From Octopus bimaculoides (Eukaryota), in contig NC_068996.1 in the NCBI RefSeq assembly GCF_001194135.2, positions 2,668,190 to 2,732,189 of the forward strand: a DNA stretch of 64,000 nucleotides. Direction: 5' to 3'. Under the pieces are notes generated by a model. It made no database searches and had not been told where the DNA came from. It worked only from the letters and a program-made list of their open reading frames with translations. Positions 24,938 through 38,340 of the stretch are shown piece by piece. Both the position numbers and the translations under genes were made by a program. Position 1 is the stretch's first letter; each line of letters begins with the position of its first letter.

Positions 24938-25922
24938 TTGTACATATATATATATATATATTTTTATATATATGTATTTATATATATATATATGCGCATG
25001 CACACACACACACACACTCTCTCTCTCTTTCTCTCCTGCAACATTAAGGAATACAAATCAAAGCTATGCATGGGTTCATGTAGATTATTGCACGTGCTAT
25101 TATGAATTTTGAGAAATAGATATAACATGAACTTAGGGAAAGTTAGGTCAGTCAATAGAAAAAAAGGCAAAGCACCTAAAAAGAATGTGCATGATAATTT
25201 TTTTCTNNNNNNNNNNNNNNNNNNNNNNNNNNNNNNNNNNNNNNNNNNNNNNNNNNNNNNNNNNNNNNNNNNNNNNNNNNNNNNNNNNNNNNNNNNNNNN
25301 NNNNNNNNNNNNNNNNNNNNNNNNNNNNNNNNNNNNNNNNNNNNNNNNNNNNNNNNNNNNNNNNNNNNNAATTGGTTAGTTTTCATTGTTTTTTCCTCTT
25401 GTTTTTGCCTTTGTGAGTTACAAGTGATGCTATCTGTGGGATTCTCAGCTTTTTTAGCTGCTATTTCTGAACTTCGGTATATGGTGAAGCAAATATTTGC
25501 TGATCCCTTAATTATATTTATAAATATATATGAGCTTTTAAATAAGTTCTCCACCAATAATGGTGCTTTCATACCGATGGGCTTGGTAAAAATTGTTAAT
25601 TGTTAATTGATTTATTAATTAATAAATTGATAATCCTTTACCCTTTCAACTTGTAATAATTATATATATATATATATTTTTATATATATGTATTTATATA
25701 TATATATATGCGCATGCACACACACACACACACTCTCTCTCTCTTTCTCTCCTGCAACATTAAGGAATACAAATCAAAGCTATGCATGGGTTCATGTAGA
25801 TTATTGCACGTGCTATTATGAATTTTGAGAAATAGATATAACATGAACTTAGGGAAAGTTAGGTCAGTCAATAGAAAAAAAGGCAAAGCACCTAAAAAGA
25901 ATGTGCATGATAATTTTTTTCT
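24938..25922. repeat. Duplicated block (about 24938-25205 vs 25660-25922) around an N-gap; probable assembly redundancy
   Basis: Identical sequence on both sides of gap 25206-25369. Confidence 0.85.
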
Positions 25923-27080
25923 GGTTGAGCAGAATAAGTGTGACACACATGACTTTCTGCTGAGGCTAAAGACATTGTTTGAAAGAAAATGAAGAAGAAA
26001 TTTCAGGTCATTTGTCATAACAGTGAAAGCATCACATAATGGAAAATTTTGAGTTTTTCCTCTCACCAAAAAAAACTTGATCTGAATACTCAAGACAGAA
26101 TAAGCTTCACTAAAATCATCCAAGAATCAGCTAATAATGTTATGTAACGCAGATGACAACTTAAATTACTATCCAACAATAGGTACAATACTATAGGCCT
26201 TTACACACTTTCTCCAGTTTTATGCTTATATTGATTTTAGATGTTGTACTGTGGCATTGAACTCAGAGGCATGTGACTGTGAAGTCATATTCCATTAAAA
26301 AAAAAAAACATTTTTTTTTTCTCCATTTTCAAAACTTCCCATTCAATCAAGAATTCTGCCTGTACATATGTTCACTCAATAATATAGCACCAACATTGCA
26401 TTCTATCATTTTGATCTAATTACTTCAAAGGTAAATCACATATAAAAACAACCGTCCATGTTTACGTGGCATCAGGTTTACCTGGCATCAAGAAAAGAAG
26501 AATTAAATGTTTTGTGTTGAAACATCCACTTCATTAGGTAGTCAAGTAAAGCATCACAACTGTACAATTTATTCTTTTGAAGATGTACACATTGTTTCGA
26601 CATCATTCATCACAAGTCCACATGTCTGTATGTATGGGGGGGGGGGGGCGAGAGTGTGAGAGAGAGTTGTCATTCTGAATAAAGCACCATTTATCTTCCA
26701 GTCAACAGTGACAAGTAAGAGTTATACAGAGAAATATTGTGGATGTCATCTGATACCACCGTTACTTAGAAAGATGATGCGCTCTGTTGTATTTCTGTAC
26801 ACTGGAGAAAACCTCATAATATTGTTCTATGGTTACTTCATAGATGTTAAAATGTTTACCAAATGAGTCACTGCAAGAGTTCCTAGCAGAAGGTTACTTG
26901 CACAATTATCTGACCCCCTAACTTGTTACATTCTTACTATTTTGTGGTTTGAAGCACATCTACATATAAAAGTATACAATTGAACGAGTAATCTAGCAAT
27001 GCAAGATAGTTACTAATGCTAGTAATGTGGTGTAAGTGACCACCAAATATATAGTTATGAGTCAAAGTTTGTTGACATTG

Positions 27081-27127
<47 letters not shown>

Positions 27128-27777
27128 AATAAATGCATTTTGCAACTATTACAGAAATAAATTAAGCATGGTGATATTAATTAGTGACCATGGAAAGCTA
27201 AGAACCAGATATAAATTCAGGGTCATAAGTACATAAAAATAAAGGAAATCTATATTTGTAAAATATGTTAGTGTGTCTACAAGACAGATTTTCTTGAGGG
27301 CAGTAGTAGTATATCTTCAGTTATAATATGAAATAGGATTAGTCTTTTTTTCTTTTTTTTTTATTGTAGCATTATGGTAATTATTGTTAAAAATTTTAGG
27401 TGTGAAAAATTTAACTCAATAATTCTAAATACCAACTGTTTAATTTGATTAGGGCAGTAATTTTGATATATTTGCTGGGAGAATTGAAATGCCATTATCA
27501 AGGTTTCTAGTTATATAATCATTTAATGTTTAAATACTTTATGATTGCAATTAACTTCAGTCTCATTCATTTTATTTAATTAGCTGCTGTTTGTTTGTGC
27601 ACAAGTAGCATTCATGTCTTTCACCATCATATATAGTTCCACTGAACTTTAAAAATCCGAATCAAATTCAGATTGTTAGCTTCAGATTTGAAATTCCATA
27701 AGCAATGCTGACTGCTTTTATTTGGGATTAGAAAAAATGTGTATGTGAGGAAATACCTGATTTTGGAAACAGATATA

Positions 27778-28625
27778 CAGGGTGTAATGAATATATATTG
27801 TCATCTAAATTATGCAAAAATGAAAATAACACTGACATCTCACTTTATCAGATATATTTACTAGAATTATATAAAATTATCTTGAAATACTAAAGAATAA
27901 ATTTATTCAATAAAATCACTATAGGCTTCAACCACAGCCTCCAGACGACTTCAGAATCTTCAGCAACTCTTCTGGATGATCTCATTGTTTAAGTTGATGA
28001 CTGCTCACAGTCCTTGTGTTTAGTTCATCATTGGTGTTACAAGGAGTTTTGTTGGTCTGCACCCACACATAATAATCAAAGGGGTTGCAGTCTGGGGAGT
28101 TAGGTGACCAGATGTTAGGGGTGATGTGGTTGCAGAAATTGTCTGACAGCCATGACTGGGTTCTCCTGCTTGTGTGGCATGGTGCAGAATCTTGTTGCCA
28201 GAAATGGGGTCTACCAGCACTACCTCCTCCAGGCACTTGATGTAGGCCTCTGTGTTGAGTCTGAGGTCGTGTGGGAACATGAATGGAGGCATATCGTCGC
28301 CATCACTAGTGATCATGCCAAACACCATGATGTTGATGGGATGTTTGATTTTTATCACTTTCAGTATAGGTTTTGGGGACACAGCAAGCCAACAGTTCTG
28401 TGTGTTCACCATCTGTTTGTACTGGAGCTTCCGGTGTGAATGCCAAGCAACACAGCATGTCATTTCCAAATTTCTGGTAGAGTGAATTGCGTCATGATGC
28501 TGTTTTTCTCACAGATGGTGCCCAACTGACCCTACTATACTGTGTAGTCAATAAAATCAAAAGCAAATAATGTGCATGTACAAAATTAAAAATATAAAAA
28601 GCGACAGTTTACCCATCGCACCCTG
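27778..28625 (-). mobile_element. Tc1/mariner DD37D (maT-type) DNA transposon, internally deleted
   Basis: TIRs CAGGGTG..CACCCTG flanked by TA on both sides; peptides KHPINIMVFGMITSDG..PPFMF and WQQDSAPCHTSRRTQSWL..WSPNSPDCNPFDYYVW with 37 residues between the second and third catalytic Asp. Confidence 0.92.
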
Positions 28626-29329
28626 TAAACCCTGTTTATTGCCTAATTGCATTATGGCTATTGATATTACATCCCTATAAGATAATTTTCCTAAGATAAT
28701 ATTCCTTGAGGGAATATTGATGAACAAATTCTACAATTGCATCTATTTTTAGAAATTCTCATATTAATTTGACTGTTGGTCGATGATAATTGACGTAATA
28801 TATTTGCAGTAAATAAAAGTTTCTTTATTTTTACCAAATATGACAGGCACTGTATTTTATTACCAGCTAAACATATTATGTTGTTGTTATTGGTTTGTTC
28901 TGTGAATCATCTTAGATTAATGAGTTGTGAAATCATTACCATGGCTTTCATTAACATCATTTTTCATATTTGATAAATTCTTGTTTGTTTTATCATTAAT
29001 GCCTCCATTAAGTTTAAAACACAGGCAGTAGTTTGGAGTAGTGCAATAAGAATGTTTTACAATGTGTTAAAAGATGGCAGTTCTGTGGTGAAGAATTTTG
29101 TTCTAATCATATTTAAAAAATGCCTTATGTTTGTTCTAATTTTGTAAGGAGTATGGAGGATTGTACCATGTTACATTCCTCCTTTTTGTTCATTTGGCAC
29201 TAATAATTCTGTGCTTTATACTTTTTACATTAGTATTATTATTATTCATTTAACTTTTTCTGATTTATCTGTGTCGTGTCTCAGCTCCATCCTGTAGCTT
29301 GCAGACACAACACTTGCCTCAACAAGTGT

Positions 29330-29730
29330 TCCAAGTATTGCTACTGACTGAATACTTCCTATAAAGGTTGATCTTTGCAGTTTTTTATGCCAGAATATTG
29401 CTTTCTTGAGATGGTTCCAAGTGCATTGATCAGAATAGGTACCACGCTCACTTTAGAGGTTCTATGGATTCTTTTCACTTCCAATCGTAGGTCTTGGTAC
29501 GTCACAACTTTCCCATCCTCTCTCTACACAATATTCTAATCTGCATTTTTTTGGACTCCTTAAATAGGCGAGTGATATCTGACTGGTTATGTTGCAGCTT
29601 CTTGTTTGTGTATTTTGGCATATCCCATATGAGTTTCACCTGTTCATATTCTGCTACTGGCAAAGGTTGATTTTCATACCACTTGTTGGAACATTCTAGC
29701 TCATACTCCTTGCACAACTCCCAATGTATT
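29330..29730 (-). mobile_element. Dong/R4 LINE 3' fragment
   Basis: CKEYELECSNKWYENQP..VKLIWDMP..KLQHNQSDI, followed by VVPILINALGT-like text. Confidence 0.8.
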
Positions 29731-29754
29731 TACACTAGCATTTGGGGGGGGGGT

Positions 29755-30980
29755 GTATTGGTCTAACCCATGCAGGCAGGAGCTGTCCAGGCCCCATCCC
29801 TATTTGGCGTGGTTTCTACAGCTGGATGCTTTCCTAATGCCAACCATTTTACAGAGTATACTAGGTGCTTTCACATAACATCAACATGGATGCTTTTATG
29901 CAGCACCAGCACATACAAGCCCAAACGATTAGAAATGTTCAGCTAGAGAGGGATGCAGGGGTCAAGCTTGTATGCCAGAACAATCATGATTTTTTCTTAG
30001 CTTGACAGTCCCTTGTCATCTCCTCTGTGAAGCTCAATATCTGGAGATCCTTTCTCACCACCTTGTCCCTTGTCTTCTTGGGTCTACCCCTTCCACATGT
30101 TCCCACCATAGTTTGTGATCAGCACATCTTGAGGCAGCTACCTTCATTCATTTGCATTTTGTGACTGTGACAGTGCAGTCTTCTCTCTTGCACACTACAC
30201 CTGATGCCTCATATACTCAGTTTTTCTCTCAAATCACTTACACTTTGTTGGATATGCACACAATCATTACCCATTGAGTAGAGCATATGTGTTTTCATTT
30301 CTTTCAAGCCTTCTTATGTCTTCAGTAGTCACTGTCCATATCTCACTACCATGTAGCATAGCTTTTCATACACAAGCATATAATCTGTGTTTTACACTAA
30401 GGAAGAAGCCTTAGAGTAGCAGCTCTCTGAATTTTGCCCATTCTCGCAGCTATGCTTTCAGCAACAAGAATAAAGCCATTGGTGTAGAGGAGCTCCCAAG
30501 GGCCACCAGTCTTAAATTCTTGTTATAGCTTGGAAGATTATGATAAACAAGAGGGTGGGGGGCAAGAACTGATCCCCGGTGGACTGCTACTTGTACACTA
30601 AATTCCGTGTTATACTTATTGGCAACTTCCACCTTACTGCTAGCATCCCTGCACATGGCTTTTCCAGCTGTCACCAACCACTCTTCCGCATTGCCTACCA
30701 GATACGGAGCAGCAGAGGTCCCTGTCAAAAGCTTCCGCCATATCAACAAAAACCAGATACAGAGTTTATTTTTGGTCAGGTATTTCTCTTGCAGTTGCCT
30801 CATGAGGAAGTTGGTATCATTGGTGCTTCTGCCTGGCACAAATCCAAACTGCATCTCATCTATGCTAACTCTCTTCCTAATTAATTGATCTATGACTCTT
30901 TCTATAACTTTCATCACCTGATCCAGGTGATGCCTCTGTAATTATTTCTGTCTAAGGCATTACCTTTGTGATACCTGTCT
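29755..30980 (-). mobile_element. RTE LINE, internally deleted (RT N-part plus 3' end and tail)
   Basis: MKVIERVIDQLIRKRVSIDEMQFGFVPGRSTND..MRQLQEKYL and GNMWKGRPKKTRDKVVRKDL; tail matches the 22.7 kb UTR. Confidence 0.88.
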
Positions 30981-30988
30981 AGTGCTGG

Positions 30989-31216
30989 TATTTATTGCCC
31001 ACGAGGGGCTAAACATAAAGGGGACAAACAAGGACAGACAAAGCGATTAAGTTGATTACATCAACCTCAGTGCATCACTGATACTTAATTTATCGACCCC
31101 GAAAGGATGAAAGGCAAAGTCAGCCTCGTTGGAATTTGAACTCAGAATGTAAAGACAGACGAAATAACGCTAAGCATTTCGCCCGACATGCTAACGTTTC
31201 TGCCAGCTCACCGCCT
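30989..31216 (-). mobile_element. SINE family A, near full length and young
   Basis: Reverse complement ggcggtgagctggcagaaacgttagc..gactttgcctttcatcctttcggggtcgataaattaagta..tttagcccctcgtgggcaataaata; abuts the RTE copy. Confidence 0.92.
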
Positions 31217-31499
31217 CACATTCAGTACACTCTGTCAAGTGCAAGGTCAGGTAGACCAGTGAGCCTTGTTAAGCTTATAAACAAGCTCCTTAGTCCTGAT
31301 GACCTGAAAAACTACACCCTGTACCCTTGGTAAAAGTGTTGGTTAGGAAACATTTCCAGCCAGAGAAGTGAAGCTTAAAATGAAATATATAAGATTTGTT
31401 CCCCCACCCATCTAGCGGGGGAGGAATAACCTGCCCATCTCAGGACTGCATGGAAACAGGATGTAAGATGACTATATGATATATATTTAAGTGTGTATG

Positions 31500-31775
31500 T
31501 GTATGACAGACTCTCGCATCAAAGATGACATCTGAATGTTCAGCTTTTGTTGAATGACCTGTTCAAATGATTTGTTTATAGTGATCAAATGTTCATGCTG
31601 CACATTAGCTCACCACTCTCTCCATCAAATCAACATTGTTTGGACAGGTGCACTGTGTACCAAGTGTCAGCTTCTCAAGTGATTACAGAGCAACATGAGA
31701 TGAAGTGTTTTGCTCAAGAACACAACGCACCACCTGGCCTTGGAATTGAAATCACAATCACTAGGTCATACACTC
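31500..31775 (-). mobile_element. tRNA-derived SINE family C fragment
   Basis: aagtgttttgctcaagaacacaacgca..ggaattgaa, shared with the head of the 44.6 kb copy. Confidence 0.7.
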
Positions 31776-31790
31776 TCAAAGATACATCAA

Positions 31791-31823
<33 letters not shown>

Positions 31824-32279
31824 GTATATATTTGATAGATGAATATGCTATGCAGATGATATATATGTGTGTACAAGTATGTATACACACACATACAATT
31901 ATTTGTGTTAAGTAATCATCCAGAGAAGAAGTATTCACTCCAAGCATAGATTACTTAGGTTGTTCTTGTGATCTGTTATTTGTTGAGTTTCCACAGCAAG
32001 CAGCTACTTCTTCAGATATATCAAACTGGATGTATTAAGCTTATCTCTAATGACAGAAGCATTATAGCAGAAAAGTGCTTATGGATAGTGAAGTAATAAT
32101 ACTAGTAATAATTGAGATTGGTGTTTGGGTGTTGAGTGTCTTCCGTGGTAAGTTAACATCCAAGTACCAAAACTTACAATTTTCATAAAGATACCCTGTG
32201 AGGCCTTTGACAACAGGTTGCTAAGTAAGATCAAGAGCTCTGAAAAGTAAAATAATAATAATAAGAAGAAGAAGAAGAA

Positions 32280-32660
32280 TGGTTACAGATTTTTGGCACA
32301 AGCCAACAAGTTTGAGGTGAGGGGATAAGTCGATTACATTGACCCCAATATTCAATTAGTAATTATTTTCTCAACCCCTGAAGGATGAAAAGCAAAGTTG
32401 ACCTTGGTGGAATTTAAACTCAGAACGTAAAGACAGTCAAAATGCTGCATTAACGATTTTCCCAGCTAAGGCCTGAAAGTTTGTAGGAAGGAGCTAGTTG
32501 ATTACTTTGATCCCAGTATTTGATTGGTACTTTATTTTATTGTGCCTGAAAAAATGAGAGGCAAACTCAACTTTGGTGGAATTTGAACTCAGAACATAAA
32601 GACACAAAATACTATTAAGCATTTTATATGGCATGCTACCAATTCCACCAGCTTACTGCC
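32280..32660 (-). mobile_element. Two adjacent SINE family A copies
   Basis: Two copies of ggatgaaa.gcaaag..ggtggaattt.aactcagaac. Confidence 0.8.
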
Positions 32661-32723
<63 letters not shown>

Positions 32724-33289
32724 TGAAAAAAAAAGTATAGTTTTTTGATTAGTCATCAGCCTTGAAATTCAAGGGGAGAGGATAGTTGGTTAAGTGAATC
32801 CTGTTTCTTAGTAAATATTATATAATTTTAGGTGATGAGTACAAAGGCAGTAACCTCAACATTGACCATGGCCATCTGGCTGAAACAAACCTAATTCAGA
32901 GAAAATCATATTTTGTCAACCATATTAAATAATTAATACAAAAAAGATAACAATGACAAATGGTTTGTTCACCTAAACAACATTAAATGCATCAAGGCAT
33001 ACTTATAGACATCATTATTAACATCACTGTCATCTAATATCCCTTTTTCCTTGCTGGTATGAGCTAGAAGGCTGCGCCAAGCTCCAGTATATCTGCTTTG
33101 GCATGGCTTGTACTGTTCAATGCTCTTCTTAATGTCAGCCACTTCACAGAATGTACTGGGTGCTTTTTTTGTTTTTTCCTTTTTTGTTGCACCATCACTG
33201 GAAAGTTCTCTGAATTCTTGCCAGTCAAGGCCCCTCAACTGAGCGGAGTATAATATAGAAGGATGTAATAGAGAGACAAAAAGCAGAAT

Positions 33290-33900
33290 TGACAGCATGG
33301 CTACTGTATCTGGAAAAAGAGGAAAAGTTGTGAGGTCGTGCTACATGGTGAATATGAAAAAGAAAATAATGACAGAGGACCAGAAAAAGTAGCTGGATTA
33401 GGTTAGTGTACTATAATGAAAGAGTGACCGATCATTACAGGTGTTGCTTGAAGGGGAATACAGTGAATATTAGTTTGGAGATGTAAAGGAAAGAAAAACA
33501 AGAAGTGGTTAGGCAAGAGGAAGAGGAGTTGATCAGGGAAAGTAGCAGGGATATAAGGGGTGGGGATAATTGGTATTATTTGCAACATCTGAGTGTGTAC
33601 GAGCACAATTAGATGATTGGTGGAGGGATAGGTATTAAAAGATGGAATGCAGGGCTAGACATGACTGGACCTCATTTTCACTGAGAGGGACAGGTTTTCT
33701 CAAACACAGCATATCATTATTCATTTCAGCCCTTTATCATCTCAGAGAAGCTCAACATTTTGAGTCGAGTCTTCATTACACTACCCTTTTTCCATTCGTG
33801 TTTAGCAATCAGCACTTCTTTATACAGCGATCTCATTCGTCTGCATCACATGATCAAACTGGTGCAGTCTTCTCTCTTGCACACCAGATGTCTCTTATGT
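33290..33900 (-). mobile_element. Probable Penelope-like element fragment
   Basis: Minus-strand IPTPYIPATFP..LPNHF..TNIHCIPLQA resembles the linker after PLE RT; composition similar to the 60.6 kb fragment. Confidence 0.4.
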
Positions 33901-35599
33901 CCAATTATATAGTCAGATATTTTCAGTTTTGGTTTTAACTGCATTTTAATAAATAATTTTGCCTTTGTTGCAGTGTATGTAATCAATGTAAATGAATTAT
34001 TATTAGCATTAATATCATCATCATCATCATTGATTAGTCCAAAAAGTGAACATCATTCTGTTATTTCTTTATTAATATTTTCTGTTATATACACACTCAG
34101 TACCATGTCACAAACACACACAGGTACTCATGTCAAATATTGTTCCTTTACATTTTTATTCTTCCTCTTGGCAGCAAACAAATATTTGTCAGGATTAATT
34201 TAAACGACAAGAAAAATATCTATATTATTTTAATTTAATTTCAAAGCTTATTCTTGATTGGTGAGCATTTCCTTAACAGAATAATACATGAATTTTTGTA
34301 ACTTCTATATTATTGTTATTGTGATCACCATCATCGTCATTATCATAACATCATTAACATCAGCAGCAGTACCACCATCATTATTATTATTTCCTGCCAG
34401 TAATTATAGATTATTGATATTTGTATAGTTTATTTTAATTTCCAAAATTGCTTTAATCAAATTATTTTCATATAAGTACAATTTAACTGAAGGAGATTTT
34501 ATCAAAATTATGGCAATAGAAAGTAATTTATAATCAGAAGAATATGCTGGATAGCACTCTATAACACAGATTATCTTAATGTCTTTGGAACCAGGCTGGA
34601 AGAAATATCAAATCTTGATTAAATGCTTTTAAACTAAAATATCTTACTTGCTCCGACTCTTTCAGAATGAAGAATATTAATATCTTGTCATAAACTGTTG
34701 TGTTGACCAAACATGTGTACGTGTGCATGTACATGCATGCATATATGTATGCATGTATAGATGTACATACATATGTATGTGTGTATGCATGCGTGGATGG
34801 ATAGATGTATACATGTATGTACATATGTATATTTTTTGTCTTATTTTCTTTTTTAAGTGTCTTATACATATATAATTAAAATAATCAAAGAATAAGCAAA
34901 ATAAAAATTAAATAGGAATGGATGTTTTTGTCTGGTTATTGCTGTTATAAGTTCTAAATCAGTTTTCATGAAATAGATCTGGGCTCAAAGACACTCCAGT
35001 CATGACCATATCATCATTTTCTTTTTCTTTTTCTTTTTTATATCAGTGTGTCTCAGTCAGCTGAGTGTGAATTGAAGGAGATTTGGTTGCTATTTGCAAG
35101 AAGTCAAAAATTCATTTAGATTTTTCTTTTTTTTTTTTCTTTCTTTAATGGATGGAATAATCAGAGAAAAATAGTTGGGGAATGAATCACAAGGGGTTGT
35201 CCTAGATGCATTATGTCTGAGAAAATGGTCTCAGACTGATTGTTTTTGATGACAGGTCTGCTGGAGGAAGATTGATTTAGGACTAAATAGCAATGACTGA
35301 ATCACTGTTTATGCCTCTATTAATAGTCTTACTCATCCACCACTAATCAGTACTACAGTCATCATCATCATTGTCATCACATCATTATAACCATTTTCCC
35401 CAAATTTATAACATCTGAGCTTTCTGTGTGTTTCAATATAAAACTTAGAATAAAGTTTTAATTTCTGGTAGGATATGGGGGAGTGAGGTTATAGGTCCTT
35501 GTTTTTTTCTTTTTGTTTTTTAAATCGGTGTGGGGTATGCAACAATAATTTGGAGAAATACTGATCTAAGGCTTTTTCTGGTACTTTTCTTCAAAGGAG

Positions 35600-37100
35600 T
35601 AGTGTCTGAACTCTTTTTCCTTTTCATATAGATCCCATCAAATTAAGACAAACTTTATCCTTGCTTTTACTCTTTCAAAGCTCCTATTTTACAATCTGTT
35701 ACCATATGTAAGATATTTTTTAATCATTATATAGACAATGATGTTGAAGCAATACCATAAATATTTTTCATCATTGAATTAATATTTAGTGTTTCATTTT
35801 CTGTAGCTACAAACATTCTCTCCATTTCTTTCTTTAAATCTTTTCTCTGGAACCATTCCCATAAAAGTTCTGTAGAACTATCGATATAACTGCATTCCTT
35901 CTAGTACTTCCTTTCCTTCACATATTACCCTACTTTGTCCAAACACTCTTCTCTTGACCATTAAGTCACAGTTCTTTAACAACATGTTTTGATACTTTAG
36001 CAATTGTCGCTTAGTAATGGTTTATTGAACTTATTTCCAATTCCTCCATTTTAAGTACAAATGACTGGTATATGCCTTCAGGCAAAGTATTCCTTACATA
36101 AAGTTCTACTCATTTTTCTCTCTCATGCATCCACTTTATCTTTCATCTAATTCACTATTCCAGTGCTTTAATGGTTTCAAATTTTGACATAAAGCCAGCA
36201 ATTTTAGGGTGGAGGTGGGGGGTGTCAATTACATTAACCCCCCCCACACACACACACACACACATACACACTGCTTCAGTGCTCAAGTGATATTTATTTT
36301 ATCAACTCTGAAAGGATGAAAGAGAAAGTCAACCCCAGCAGAATTTGAACTCAGAACGTAAAGATCTCGATGAAGAAGAATGAACATCAACTATAGTTAC
36401 CACTTTTCAAATATAGTTTCCTTCATCACTATGTTCCACTATGGCTAGATACTTGTGTCAATTGTCATCGGGTGCTGAAATCCATTCCCTTAATAAATGA
36501 AATTATTTCCTTCCATTGGTTTCCAGTCCTTCTTTTTGTGACTAAAGTCACACATTTTGATTTACTTAACTACATTTCACATCACTGCATCACTCCTTTA
36601 TGGTTTTAACAGTGAATGAGTCTCCTTGTTTGACATCATGAATATCTTTAATTCATCTCACTTGTCTGTAGCCAATATTGTCATTGAAAAAGATATTAGA
36701 AAATATTAGTAAATAACAAAGGAGAGAAAGAGTTACCCTGGAAGGTATGTCTTTTTACAGCCACAGCAGTGATTTCCTTTTCACTAATCTATTTTCCAGT
36801 ATGTCACCTTTCTTTCCGTTGAGGGTACTGATGAGGTTTACAGCCCTGCTGAACACACTGACTTCACAATATGAGAATAGGGAAACATCTCTCGCAGGCC
36901 TTTTTTCTTTCTTTCTTCTTTCTTTTATTTTTGTCATTCACTAATTATTGTCATCTCTTGCAATTCTTTTGTCCCAGATCAGATAGTGTTTGGTGCATTT
37001 ATGTGTTTCCTGCAATCCTTCTATTCAATAAGTAGTAATTTGCCCTGCTTGTGTGGTTTTCTCAGTAAAAATGCCTGTTAATAACAGGTTGAGTTGGGTG
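35600..37100 (-). mobile_element. Old RTE-like LINE RT remnant interrupted by a family A SINE (about 36170-36362)
   Basis: Remnants PSRVTLSPLLFTNIF (QGDxLSPLLF-like) and KEMERMFVATENETL. Confidence 0.55.
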
Positions 37101-37731
37101 ATTGGTTGATAATTTTCTACTCATTTCCTTTCATTGGATCTTCTTAATCAAAGTTGTTCACCATTCAACTATCCACTTTTATACATTGCTTTGTATTACA
37201 CATTCATTTAAATGATTTCTCATTTAACCATGTAAAGATTTTCGTCAAAGTTGAATTATTGTTGTTGTTATTATTATCATCATCATTATTATTATTGTGC
37301 TTACTCACATAATACAAGAAATTTAATGCAAAAAATTCTTTTTTAATTATGGAGTAGTATTATGCTCAAGTATAAAAATATTAAAAGTTGAAATATATTC
37401 CTGATATTTAGGTTAAAAAATAATGGTAGGGGCATGCCTATTATGTTAAAGATCACATCGTATGCAAGCAATTATGCTGATGCTTTGGTAGAATTATTAG
37501 AGCTTCACACAAATTGCCTTTAAATATTCATTCCAGCTCTTCACATTCTGAGTTCATATTCTGTCAAAATCAATTTTGTTTTTCATCCTCTCCAAGGGAA
37601 ATAAAGTACCAGACTTGGATTAAATTTGGTCTGATAGACTAGGCTCCTTGCCTCAAAACTGCTTAGTCCTAAAATTAGAAACAATTATCATTATTATTAT
37701 TATCATTATTATTATTATTATTATTATTATT

Positions 37732-38293
37732 GTTCAGTAGTATTATTTTTATAACGTGCTTTCACTTCACTACCGAGCGCAGCTCTGTGCGCCTTGGGTA
37801 TGTGCTGTGATTTGCTGTGGTGTTCTTATGGTTACTGTATTGAAAGTGTTTTGCGTAGGATGTGTGCAGTACCCAGTAGTGCAATTTTCTCTATGTTATA
37901 TATATTTGTAAGTCCTGGTGTTTTTGTCATGTATTTGTCTGAATATTTTTTTATTATACCTAAGGCACCTACTATGATAGGAATTGTTTCTGTTTTTAGA
38001 CTCCACATTCGAGTTACATCTATTTCCAGGTCTTTGTATTTTGAAATTTTTTCCATTTCTTTTAGAGAAACGTTGTCATCTGCTGGTATTGATACATCAA
38101 TTAGAAAGCATTTTTTTCCTTCATGATCTTTGACAACTATATCTGGTCTATTTGCCTTAATTTCTCAATCTGTGTGTATTGGCATATCCCAGAGTATGGT
38201 TGCTTTCTCATTTTCTGTGACCTTTTCTGGCGTGTGTTTATACCATCTTTTTTCTGTTGTTATTCCATAGTGTTGGCATAGCTTCCAGTGTAT
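37732..38293 (-). mobile_element. Young 5'-truncated Dong/R4 LINE (RLE C-terminus plus 3' UTR) flanked on both sides by (ATT)n
   Basis: Near-intact HWKLCQHYG..KRWYKHTPEKVTENEKATILWDMPIHTD.EIKANRPDIVVKD..EKISKYKDLEIDVTRMWSLKTETIPIIVGALG..IALLGTAHILRKTLSIQ*. Confidence 0.93.
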
Positions 38294-38305
38294 ATTATTA
38301 TATTA

Positions 38306-38339
<34 letters not shown>

Positions 38340-38340
<1 letters not shown>

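Noticed and set aside
32969-33298. 109-aa minus-strand ORF with a signal-peptide-like start
   Set aside because: No splice or family support; lies among retroelement debris, and the AWRSLL..KEKGIL segment resembles LINE inter-domain sequence.
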